A stretch of DNA of 64,000 bases from Candidatus Latescibacterota bacterium (GTDB taxonomy: Bacteria > Latescibacterota > UBA2968 > GCA-2709665). Positions 9,830-17,743 of this stretch are shown piece by piece (within the stretch, counting starts at the first letter, position 1; every line of letters starts with the position of its first letter). Location of the stretch: positions 4,192,001 through 4,256,000 of the forward strand of contig OZ220733.1 in NCBI GenBank assembly GCA_965116875.1, read 5' to 3'. Position numbers and translations under genes: made by a program. The notes beneath the pieces are model-generated. The model saw only the letters and a program-made list of their open reading frames with translations. It did not search any database and was not told the DNA's origin.

Positions 9830-11137
9830 TTACAACTGCCTGTTCATTGAATCCAGGAACGCCTCGTTGCTTTTGGTACCTGCCATCTTCTCCTTGAGGA
9901 ACTCCATGGCTTCCAGGGCAGGCATCTGATTGAGCAGCCGGCGCAGAATCCAGACCCGGTTGAGTTCCTTGTCATCGAGCAGCAGCTCCTCTTTCCGGGT
10001 TCCTGAAAGCGTTACGTCAATGGCGGGATAGATACGCCGGTTGCTCAGGCGACGGTCCAGTTTCAGTTCCATGTTGCCGGTACCCTTGAATTCTTCGAAA
10101 ATGACCTCGTCCATACGGCTTCCGGTTTCGACGAGTGCAGTGGACAGGATGGTCAGACTGCCGCCCTCTTCGATGTTTCGCGCGGCGCCGAAGAATCGCT
10201 TGGGCCACTGCATGGCGCTGGAGTCGAGGCCGCCGGTAAGGATGCGGCCGCTATGAGGCACGACGTTGTTATAGGCCCTGGCGAGGCGCGTGATGCTGTC
10301 CAGGAGGATGACGACGTCCTGTTGATGTTCCACCAGACGCTTGGCTTTTTCGATTACCATATCCGCCACCTGTACATGCCGCGACGGGGGTTCGTCGAAG
10401 GTGGAACTGATGACTTCTCCGTTGACGGACCGCAGCATGTCGGTCACTTCCTCGGGGCGTTCGTCGATCAGGAGCACGATGAGATTGATTTCAGGGTGGT
10501 TCTCGGTGATTGCATTGGCTATTTTCTGAAGCAGCATGGTTTTGCCCGTAAAGGGCGGGGCTACGATCATGCCGCGCTGGCCCTTGCCGATCGGTGTCAG
10601 CAGATTCATGATTCGAGTAGAGAAGTCATTTGAATCGTATTCCAGTTTCATGCGTTGCCGTGGATGCAACGGCGTGAGGTTATCGAAGAGGGTTTTCTGT
10701 TTGGCCAGTTCCGGATCTTCGAAGTTGACGGCCTCCACCCGAATGAGCGCAAAATACTTCTCGTCGTTCTTGGGCGGGCGAATCTGACCGGAAATGGTGT
10801 CTCCCGTGCGCAGATTGAAGCGTTTGATCTGCGAATGTGAAACATAGATGTCATCCGGCCCCGGGAGATAATTGTAATTGGGAGACCTCAGGAAACCGAA
10901 ACCGTCTTCCAGGATTTCCAGAACGCCCTTGGCCAGAATCAGGCCGTTTTTGGCGGACTGTGCCTGAATGATTGCGAAAATCAGTTCCTGTTTTCTCAGG
11001 CTTCCGTAGCTATGGATCTCGAGGGACTGGGCCAGCCTCGCGAGTTCCGAAATGTTCATGTTCTGGAGTTCCAGTATATCCACGCCACCTGCACGCGGCG
11101 GCGCTTTGGAGACTTCCCTGGTTGCCTGGGTTGCCAT
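9830..11137 (-). CDS. rho: transcription termination factor Rho
   Basis: [36 protein letters not shown] and [11 protein letters not shown] motifs. ATG at 11137 chosen; TTG at 11149 is an alternative. Confidence 0.98.
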   Translation of the reverse strand: MATQATREVSKAPPRAGGVDILELQNMNISELARLAQSLEIHSYGSLRKQELIFAIIQAQSAKNGLILAKGVLEILEDGFGFLRSPNYNYLPGPDDIYVSHSQIKRFNLRTGDTISGQIRPPKNDEKYFALIRVEAVNFEDPELAKQKTLFDNLTPLHPRQRMKLEYDSNDFSTRIMNLLTPIGKGQRGMIVAPPFTGKTMLLQKIANAITENHPEINLIVLLIDERPEEVTDMLRSVNGEVISSTFDEPPSRHVQVADMVIEKAKRLVEHQQDVVILLDSITRLARAYNNVVPHSGRILTGGLDSSAMQWPKRFFGAARNIEEGGSLTILSTALVETGSRMDEVIFEEFKGTGNMELKLDRRLSNRRIYPAIDVTLSGTRKEELLLDDKELNRVWILRRLLNQMPALEAMEFLKEKMAGTKSNEAFLDSMNRQL

Positions 11138-11368
11138 TTGCGAATCCAATTTGTTGAAGTTGCTGCGTGTGGGATGCAGGCGGCTCGTCTCTCAGGGACT
11201 GCGGCCGAACCCGGACAGCCGGAGGCGACAGCGGAGAAACGGGTCGGACGTGTCTGACGAAAGGAGGCGGATCAGAGGAAGTTCGTCCAGCAAAGGATGC
11301 CTGAAGCGAGGAGCCGTCTGTATATCTGCGGTAAATAAGTGGGAAGGAGGCAGAAAAATTACACTGGA

Positions 11369-11397
11369 AAAGTAAACCAAGATCTAGGCGTTGTCAA
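11369..11397 (-). promoter_or_regulatory. sigma-70 promoter for rho
   Basis: Minus strand TTGACA-17-TACTTT, followed by a C-rich leader of about 220 nt. Confidence 0.6.
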
Positions 11398-11565
11398 GTT
11401 TTTTCTTTATTTTTCCGTAAGATAGAGAAAATGCCTCCCGCACGTATGGCAGGATTTGTACTCGAAGCGGTGCGCGAATGTCGTTTGGAAAAAGGAGAAT
11501 CGGGCTTGCCTTTTGTGGGTTCGCTGCATAGGTTAGATGGAACTGAAGTCTCGGGGGGAGACGAT

Positions 11566-12678
11566 ATGCTGAAATCCGTCTCGGAATACGCCGCGTTGCT
11601 GGAGGGCTTGAACGAAGGCGTGATTGCGTTCGACCGGAATCGCAGCGTCCTGTTGGCCAACGGGGCATCGGTTCGACTGCTGGGACTGGCCGAACAGGAG
11701 GCGGTGGGGCGCGTAGCCAACGAGCTGTTTGCCGCAACCCCTGAACTTCTGGAGATTCTGGAGGCCGGGTTTCGTGGTCGCCTCTACCCGGAACCGAGGG
11801 ATCTGGTGTTGCAGCAGGGCGACGGCGGGGTGCGTCGACTGGGTGTAACCACTTCGTACCTGAAAGCCGAATTGAAACAGGGGCTGGTTCTGGTTGTACA
11901 GGACGTTTCCTCTCTGAAGCGGATGGCGTGGGAGACGTACCAGGTTGCCAAGATGAGCGCGCTCGGTCGCCTGGCCGCCTCCGTCGCGCATGAGGTCCGG
12001 AATCCACTGGGTGCGGTGGACATCCAGTTGCAGCTCCTGGAAGACGACCTCCGGGCAGTGGATGAGGGGATGCGGAGCCGCGTTTACCGCAGGCTGAAGA
12101 TCGCCCAGATGGAGATGAAACGGCTTGACCGGATCGTGCATAATTTCCTGAGGTTTTCCAGAACGCCAAGGCTGGATCTGCGACGGATCTGCCTGAATGA
12201 CGTGGTTCAGCATGTGTTCGATCTGGTCTCGCCGGAAGCCCGGGAACGGGGTATTCGGCTGCATCTGGATTCCGGTGAAGGTCTTCCTGCGGTGAGTGGA
12301 GACGAAAGCCAGTTGGGCCAGGCCGTCCTGAACATCACGGCAAACGCTTTCCAGGCCATGGAATCCGGCGGGCACCTGCGCGCGCGAACCTGCATGGATT
12401 CCGATGCCAACCGGGTATGCCTGTCGATTTCGGATACCGGCTGCGGCATTCCGGATGAGGAGATCGATCGAGTCTTCGAGTATTACTATACAACCCGCGA
12501 CGAAGGTACCGGACTGGGTCTCTCCATCGCCCAGCAGATTGTCCATCAGCATCGAGGTCACATCGAGGTGGAGAGCGAAACGGGGAAGGGTACCGTGTTC
12601 AGGATTCATATGCCAATTGCCGGGCAGACCGGTTCGTCTGCCTGCGGATCGGTACCGGTGGTGCCACCGGCGGAGTAA
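11566..12678 (+). CDS. cytoplasmic PAS-domain sensor histidine kinase (NtrB-like)
   Basis: PAS (EGVIAFDRNRSVLLAN), H-box AHEVRNPL, N-box and G boxes (DTGCGI, GTGLGL); no TM segment; GGGGAG RBS before ATG 11566. Confidence 0.9.
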   Translation: MLKSVSEYAALLEGLNEGVIAFDRNRSVLLANGASVRLLGLAEQEAVGRVANELFAATPELLEILEAGFRGRLYPEPRDLVLQQGDGGVRRLGVTTSYLKAELKQGLVLVVQDVSSLKRMAWETYQVAKMSALGRLAASVAHEVRNPLGAVDIQLQLLEDDLRAVDEGMRSRVYRRLKIAQMEMKRLDRIVHNFLRFSRTPRLDLRRICLNDVVQHVFDLVSPEARERGIRLHLDSGEGLPAVSGDESQLGQAVLNITANAFQAMESGGHLRARTCMDSDANRVCLSISDTGCGIPDEEIDRVFEYYYTTRDEGTGLGLSIAQQIVHQHRGHIEVESETGKGTVFRIHMPIAGQTGSSACGSVPVVPPAE

Positions 12679-12679
12679 A

Positions 12680-14041
12680 ATGAAAGCGAGAGACATCAGG
12701 GTCTTCGTGGCCGACGACGAATACCACATCTGTGAGGGGCTCAAAGAGTCGTTGGCGAACGCCGGGTATTCGGTCGACGTCGCCTACGACGGCGAAGCGG
12801 CGGCCGGACGTTTGAAAGCGCGGGTTTACCACGCCGCGATACTCGATCTCAAGATGCCGGGAATCGACGGCATCACCCTGTTGAAGCGGCTGAAGAAAAC
12901 CAGCCCTGATACCGGCGTCATCATTATCACTGCTTTTGGAGAGGTCTCCACAGCTGTAGATGCCATGCGTCTTGGCGCGTATGACTACCTTGCGAAACCG
13001 GTGGACCTCAAGCGGCTTCATCTGTCCCTGCAACACCTCCTGGAACATCAGGCACTGGTTGCGGAAAACAAGGAACTCCGGGCGTGGCTGGGTTCGACGG
13101 AGGCCTTCGGTCAGATCGTGAACCGGAGCGCCGCCATGCAGCGGGTCTGCGACACGCTGGCGCAGGCGGCGATCACCGACGTTCCCGTACTGGTCATGGG
13201 CGATACGGGCACGGGCAAGGAGCTTGTCGCCAGGGCCGTCCACCAGCGCAGCAGCCGCAACAAGGGCCCGCTTGTAGCGGTCAATTGCGGAGCCGTCCCC
13301 GAGACTTTGTTCGAGCGAGAATTGTTCGGCCACGTAAGGGGTGCGTTTACAGGGGCTCACGCGGACAAGCCGGGACGTTTCGCAGCTGCCGGGGGCGGCA
13401 CGTTGTTCCTCGATGAAGTCGGCGAGATTCCACTGGCGAATCAGGTGGACCTCCTGCGGGTTCTGGAGGAAAAGGTGTATACACCCGTTGGCAGCAACGA
13501 ATCGAGAAAGGCAGACGTGCGAATCATCTTTGCCACGAACAGAAACCTGGATCTGGAGGTCAGGGAGGGTCGATTCCGCGAAGATCTCTTTTACAGGATC
13601 AACGTTGTACCCATTCGCCTGCCGCGCTTGAAAGATCGCAAGGACGATATTCCATTGCTTGTGGAGACGTTTATGGATGAACTCTGCACGGTTCATCAGA
13701 AATCCAGAAAACGATTCACACCGGACGCGATGCGGATGATACTGAATTACGCATGGCCGGGAAACGTCCGGGAACTGAAGAATACGGTGGAGCGGATCGT
13801 CGTGACCTGTACGGAAACCCGGGTCGGCCCCAAACGGCTGCCCTCGGCCATCCGCGCGACCGCCCCGGTCCGGAAGGATCTTGTTGTTCCGTTGAATTCC
13901 TCCATTGAGGAAACGGAACGCCTGCTTATCGAAAATACACTGGCCCACGTGACTTCCAACCGGAAGGAAGCAGCCCGAATCCTGGGTATCAGTGTGCGTG
14001 CGTTGCAATACAAGATCAAAAAATACAACCTGGTTTCCTGA
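12680..14041 (+). CDS. sigma-54-dependent response regulator (NtrC/AtoC family)
   Basis: Receiver domain (DD, DLKMP, KP), GDTGTGKE, GAFTGA, FLDE, WPGNVREL and a C-terminal Fis HTH. Confidence 0.95.
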   Translation: MKARDIRVFVADDEYHICEGLKESLANAGYSVDVAYDGEAAAGRLKARVYHAAILDLKMPGIDGITLLKRLKKTSPDTGVIIITAFGEVSTAVDAMRLGAYDYLAKPVDLKRLHLSLQHLLEHQALVAENKELRAWLGSTEAFGQIVNRSAAMQRVCDTLAQAAITDVPVLVMGDTGTGKELVARAVHQRSSRNKGPLVAVNCGAVPETLFERELFGHVRGAFTGAHADKPGRFAAAGGGTLFLDEVGEIPLANQVDLLRVLEEKVYTPVGSNESRKADVRIIFATNRNLDLEVREGRFREDLFYRINVVPIRLPRLKDRKDDIPLLVETFMDELCTVHQKSRKRFTPDAMRMILNYAWPGNVRELKNTVERIVVTCTETRVGPKRLPSAIRATAPVRKDLVVPLNSSIEETERLLIENTLAHVTSNRKEAARILGISVRALQYKIKKYNLVS

Positions 14042-14086
14042 GTATCGGCAGAATTGGCGGTTTCGGAGCCCCGAGCGGCCCCGGAC

Positions 14087-14132
14087 TGCAATTTTTGCGC
14101 AATTTGCGAGCACTCGAGTGCAAATATTGCGC
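14087..14132. promoter_or_regulatory. tandem bEBP upstream activator sites
   Basis: TGCAATTTTTGCGC (14087) and TGCAAATATTGCGC (14119): repeated imperfect palindromes 32 bp apart, about 100-140 bp upstream of a sigma-54 promoter. Confidence 0.6.
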
Positions 14133-14229
14133 CAACCGGTACGCGGGGATGGAAATGGTACGCCCGGCGACCGGAATCGTCGGGCGTAAGTTTATTTAAA
14201 ATAAGCACATGTACATAAACTGCAAAAAC

Positions 14230-14245
14230 TGGCATTAAAGTTGCT
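14230..14245 (+). promoter_or_regulatory. sigma-54 (-24/-12) promoter
   Basis: TGGCATTAAAGTTGCT matches GG-N10-GC; AT-rich IHF-like tract GTAAGTTTATTTAAAATAAG at about 14186-14205. Confidence 0.75.
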
Positions 14246-14465
14246 TATAAATAGAGTGACGATTTCATCGGATTCGCTGATACGCATGAAAATCGTCGTA
14301 TGGCGTCAACTTTCAGCGTTATCCAGCTACAGGACGTCATCCGGCAACGAGCGTTCAACGCGGGTATGCTGCAATAATTGCATTTTGATCGCTGACTGTT
14401 TCGGGGAAATCGCAACATCCGGTCCCGGATGCACGTCCGGCTTGTACTGAATCCCGGTTACCAAA

Positions 14466-15014
14466 ATGGCTTTGTCAAAGTTCCACTACAGCAGTGAATG
14501 GGAAACGGACCTGAGCGGTGTGGTCGGCTTTCACCCGGCGACGATGGTCCGGGACCTCGAACCGCGGGATCGGATGGGCGCAATCAAGACGCTCGTAAAC
14601 CGTTTGCACGGCTCTGGTTACGTGGCGGACAGCCTGCGTTTTCTGCAATCGGTTCTGGACAGGGAGGACCTCGAAAGTACCGCGGTCGGAAACGGGATTG
14701 CGTTTCCCCACGCGCGTTGTGGTTCTGCCAGGCATCTCGGTATGGCGTTGGGCATTTCAAATCACGGTGTGGACTTTCACTCGGATACGCATCCTGAGCC
14801 GGTTCGGCTCATTTGCCTCGTGGCCGTGCCCTCCGAGGGCGATATAAGATACCTGCCGCTTCTCGGGTATCTGTGCCGGCTTTTTCACGAGGATTTTACC
14901 GGAACTTTTCTCAGGTCCCGTTCTGCAGAGGAGATGAACCGACTGTTGCTGCGGCAGATGCGCCTGCACGGGGCTCTGCCGGAGGCGTGCATGGAGCACG
15001 TCCCGGCGACTTAA
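14466..15014 (+). CDS. PTS EIIA (fructose/nitrogen-type, PtsN-like) domain protein
   Basis: RE..ESTAVGNGIAFPHAR with the phospho-His; GVDF..D..PVRLI. Confidence 0.85.
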   Translation: MALSKFHYSSEWETDLSGVVGFHPATMVRDLEPRDRMGAIKTLVNRLHGSGYVADSLRFLQSVLDREDLESTAVGNGIAFPHARCGSARHLGMALGISNHGVDFHSDTHPEPVRLICLVAVPSEGDIRYLPLLGYLCRLFHEDFTGTFLRSRSAEEMNRLLLRQMRLHGALPEACMEHVPAT

Positions 15015-15053
15015 ACGCGCGAATCGCAAACTGATTTTCCGGAGGTTGGAAAC

Positions 15054-15905
15054 GTGGCTGGAATCATGATTCAGGACAGCGAGTCTCTCGATCTCTATCT
15101 GAGGGACATCGCTTCTTCGGAACCGCTTACCGCAGAGACCGAGATCGCACTCGCGCACCGGATACGAAAGGGAGACCAGAAGGCCAGAGACAGGCTGGTT
15201 GCTTCGAATCTCCGATTCGTCGTCAGCGTTGCCAGGGAATACCAGAACCATGGGGTGCCATTGGCCGATCTCATCAGTGCTGGAAACATGGGTCTGATGA
15301 CGGCCGCCGAACGATTTGACGGTACGCGGGGGTTCAAGTTCATTTCCTACGCGGTGTGGTGGATCCGCCAGGCGATTCATCAGAGTCTGGCGCAGGATTC
15401 CCGCGTGGTGAGGCTGCCCATCAACCGCATCGATCTGTTGCACAACATCGCCAAGGTTTCGCGGGAGATTCGACAGACGGAGGAGGCCGATCCGGATCCG
15501 GAGACGATTGCGGAAAAACTCGGCGTTTCCGTGGACATGGTACAGGATACGCTTCTCAGGGCGCGCGATGTCTGGTCGCTCGATGCGTCTTTTAAAGACG
15601 ACGATGACCACAGCCTGCTGCATATCCTGCCGGATAGTTCACAAAAGGCGCCGGACCTCGAAGTCGTCGACGAGTCGGTCAAGGACCAGGTGAAGATGGT
15701 CCTTGAAACGCTCGACGCGCGGGAGGCGGAAGTGCTGCGGCTCTATTTCGGGCTGGGCGACGAGGAAGCGATGACGCTGGAAGAAATCGGCACCCGGTTC
15801 AGCCTTACACGGGAACGGGTCCGGCAGATCAAGGAAAAAGCCCTCCGGCGACTGCGGCATCCGCGCCGGCGGCTGCAACTCGAGCCGCTGATGGAGTCGG
15901 CGTAA
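15054..15905 (+). CDS. RpoD/SigA-family sigma factor lacking region 1.1 (group 2-like)
   Basis: LDLYLRDI, SNLRFVVSVA, DLISAGNMGL, GFKFISYAVWWIRQ and TLEEIG..TRERVRQI motifs; 283 aa. Confidence 0.92.
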   Translation: MAGIMIQDSESLDLYLRDIASSEPLTAETEIALAHRIRKGDQKARDRLVASNLRFVVSVAREYQNHGVPLADLISAGNMGLMTAAERFDGTRGFKFISYAVWWIRQAIHQSLAQDSRVVRLPINRIDLLHNIAKVSREIRQTEEADPDPETIAEKLGVSVDMVQDTLLRARDVWSLDASFKDDDDHSLLHILPDSSQKAPDLEVVDESVKDQVKMVLETLDAREAEVLRLYFGLGDEEAMTLEEIGTRFSLTRERVRQIKEKALRRLRHPRRRLQLEPLMESA

Positions 15906-15988
15906 ATGACTTGCCGGCCGTTTGCCCGGACCGAAGGGTTTCCTTGACCGGGCGCGGAAGCGTGCAGATACCAACAGCGAAATCCACG

Positions 15989-16023
15989 GGGCGGGGATGA
16001 AATGTGATCTCCGCCCGTTTTTT
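15989..16023 (+). terminator. intrinsic terminator after sigma factor
   Basis: GGGCGGGGAT-loop-ATCTCCGCCC-GTTTTTT. Confidence 0.65.
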
Positions 16024-16041
16024 GCGCGTGGGTCCGGGTTT

Positions 16042-16079
16042 GGCCGGCCGTAGCCCGGATGGGCTTGTTCAACGGGCTG
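16042..16079 (+). repeat. degenerate right-end remnant of miniature element family A
   Basis: GGCCGGCCGTAGCCCGGATGGGCTTGTTCAACGGGCTG matches the end of A2 (GGCCGGCCGCAGCCCGGATGGACTTTTTCAACGGGCTG). Confidence 0.7.
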
Positions 16080-16147
16080 CCGGGAGGCAATCTGAAGGAT
16101 AATTCGACGTGAGAACCGTCTTTTTGCGTCATTCTGGATCGGCGCAC

Positions 16148-16177
16148 TTGACAAATTCCCACAATCGGCCCTATATT
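16148..16177 (+). promoter_or_regulatory. sigma-70 promoter for HU
   Basis: TTGACA-18-TATATT. Confidence 0.6.
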
Positions 16178-16209
16178 CAGGGCAAACTCCAGAAAGGGGG
16201 TGAATTGCC

Positions 16210-16485
16210 ATGTCGAACAGGGCCGATTTAGTCGATGCTATCTCAAATCAGGCCGGTCTGTCAAAAAGGAATGCCGAAGGCGCACTGCGGGTCGTTCTGA
16301 ACGAAATCGCCGATTCGCTCAAAAGCGGTGATCGCGTCGCCATTTCCGGGTTCGGGACGTTTTCGGTTGGAACCCGAGCCGCGCGTACCGGTCGAAATCC
16401 TCAGACGGGCGAGACAATTCAGATTTCCGCGGGTAAAACCGTTCGTTTCAAAGCCGGCAAGGCGCTTAAAGACGCTGTCAATTAG
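16210..16485 (+). CDS. hup: HU family DNA-binding protein
   Basis: GFGTFSV..RAARTGRNPQTGETIQI..FKAGKALKDAVN. Confidence 0.95.
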   Translation: MSNRADLVDAISNQAGLSKRNAEGALRVVLNEIADSLKSGDRVAISGFGTFSVGTRAARTGRNPQTGETIQISAGKTVRFKAGKALKDAVN

Positions 16486-16645
16486 CAGTCCGTTGATAAA
16501 GTCGCTCTGCAGGCGAGGCCGAGCCAATGTGGTCGAAGACAAGGCGCGCGACCGAGTCCCATCCTTCGATTCGGCGAGGAAGCGCAACGCAGTATTTCGA
16601 CCGCAAGGGCCGGCCGCAGCCCGGATGGACTTTTTCAACGGGCTG
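16486..16645 (+). mobile_element. miniature inverted-repeat element family A, copy 2 (160 bp, uninterrupted)
   Basis: TIRs CAGTCCGTTGATAAAGTC / GACTTTTTCAACGGGCTG; abuts the HU stop codon; homologous to 453-776. Confidence 0.85.
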
Positions 16646-16676
16646 TTCGCCGGCATATCGCCAATTCCGCATCCAG

Positions 16677-16711
16677 AGCCTCGAGAGCAACACACGATCG
16701 GGGCTTTTTTT
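16677..16711 (+). terminator. probable terminator downstream of HU and element A2
   Basis: AGCCTCGA...TCGGGGCT followed by a T run. Confidence 0.5.
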
Positions 16712-16712
16712 C

Positions 16713-16741
16713 TTGACAGCGGGAATTTCGGGAAATATACT
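16713..16741 (+). promoter_or_regulatory. sigma-70 promoter
   Basis: TTGACA-17-TATACT. Confidence 0.7.
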
Positions 16742-16815
16742 GTTTCGCGCGTCGCAGTGTGGCATCACCAGCGACGACGTGGGGACGGGCGCTGTGGTCC
16801 TTGATGGAGACTTGA

Positions 16816-17334
16816 ATGAATCGCCGATTGACGTTCGCGGTATTTGCGGTGTGTGCGGGGGTCGCACTTGGCTGTAGCGACCGCCTGGCGCACATGCAGG
16901 AGCAGCTTGCGGGCAAGTGGGAACTGGAGTCACGAACCCTGCCCGACGGAACGGTGCTTCGAAAACCCGAGGTTTCGGGCGTGTTCTCGTGGCAGCCGAT
17001 CGATTCAAGAAAAGCCCACGTGACGCTGAATATGCTGGTGGACAAGGGTGGCGAAGAGCCCAGGACGTTCGATTTTGCCGCAAGCAAATACGAGATCTCG
17101 ACCTCCGCCATTACGCGTTCAAGGTATCTGCTCATCCGTCAGGGATACCGCTCGTCATTCGACGCGCCAATTACAGTCTACCATAAGGCCAAGGTCGAAA
17201 AGGGTAAGATTACGCTGGAAGACGGGCTGATTCGCATTACACACGAGCGGGGGTACAGCGAGGAGTTCCGCGGCGATCAGATGGTCGCGTCTTTCCCCGA
17301 CGTTTTCGTGGACAGATGGAAGCGGGTGCAGTAA
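16816..17334 (+). CDS. hypothetical lipoprotein (lipocalin-like GxW start)
   Basis: Signal peptide with lipobox VALG-C; LAGKWELES; GGAG RBS. Confidence 0.7.
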   Translation: MNRRLTFAVFAVCAGVALGCSDRLAHMQEQLAGKWELESRTLPDGTVLRKPEVSGVFSWQPIDSRKAHVTLNMLVDKGGEEPRTFDFAASKYEISTSAITRSRYLLIRQGYRSSFDAPITVYHKAKVEKGKITLEDGLIRITHERGYSEEFRGDQMVASFPDVFVDRWKRVQ

Positions 17335-17526
17335 CGCGCGGGCGGCGACGGCTGCACGGACCGTTCTTCACGGCCAGGTGGTGCTCCGGTTCATTGTCAT
17401 TCGGTTTTCCGGACGCATTCGGCGCAGTCGCGTCGCCATCCCGCAGCGAACTGTCCGGAAATCCTGAAAGGGGAGCAGGCTTCCCATAAAACCAACGTTT
17501 TCCAACTCGCAGGCCGACTTCGACAC

Positions 17527-17561
17527 AAAAAGGGCCGGACTAGTCTCCGAGCCTTTTTTTT
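17527..17561. terminator. possible bidirectional terminator
   Basis: AAAAAGGGCCGGA-CTAGTC-TCCGAGCCTTTTTTTT. Confidence 0.5.
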
Positions 17562-17743
17562 GTTCTCAGCCTCAATTCCGCAAGAGCCGCAACGCGGCGC
17601 CGCGACGAACTTGTGGAAGTTGGATGACTTTCCTTCCCTTCGAATCATGTGATTTCGGTTCGGCCGGCCGGTTTCCGGGTATTCCGTCGCAGTATTGACT
17701 GGCGTGAACCGGACGGAAGGCGAGCCGCGGCGAACAATTCGAC

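Noticed and set aside
11446-11462. Second sigma-54 promoter upstream of the kinase (TGGCAGGATTTGTAC)
   Set aside because: Lacks GC at the -12 position
11533-14113. Long minus-strand ORFs (403 aa and 504 aa)
   Set aside because: Antisense shadows of the kinase and response regulator, typical of GC-rich codon bias. The same applies to other long overlapping ORFs such as 38009-39535, 49114-50463 and 20257-21558.
17455-17561. yybP-ykoY manganese riboswitch call
   Set aside because: Only AAAGGGGAG matches; the UAGC, CGUCA and CGAGACC elements are absent. Kept only as a low-interest finding.
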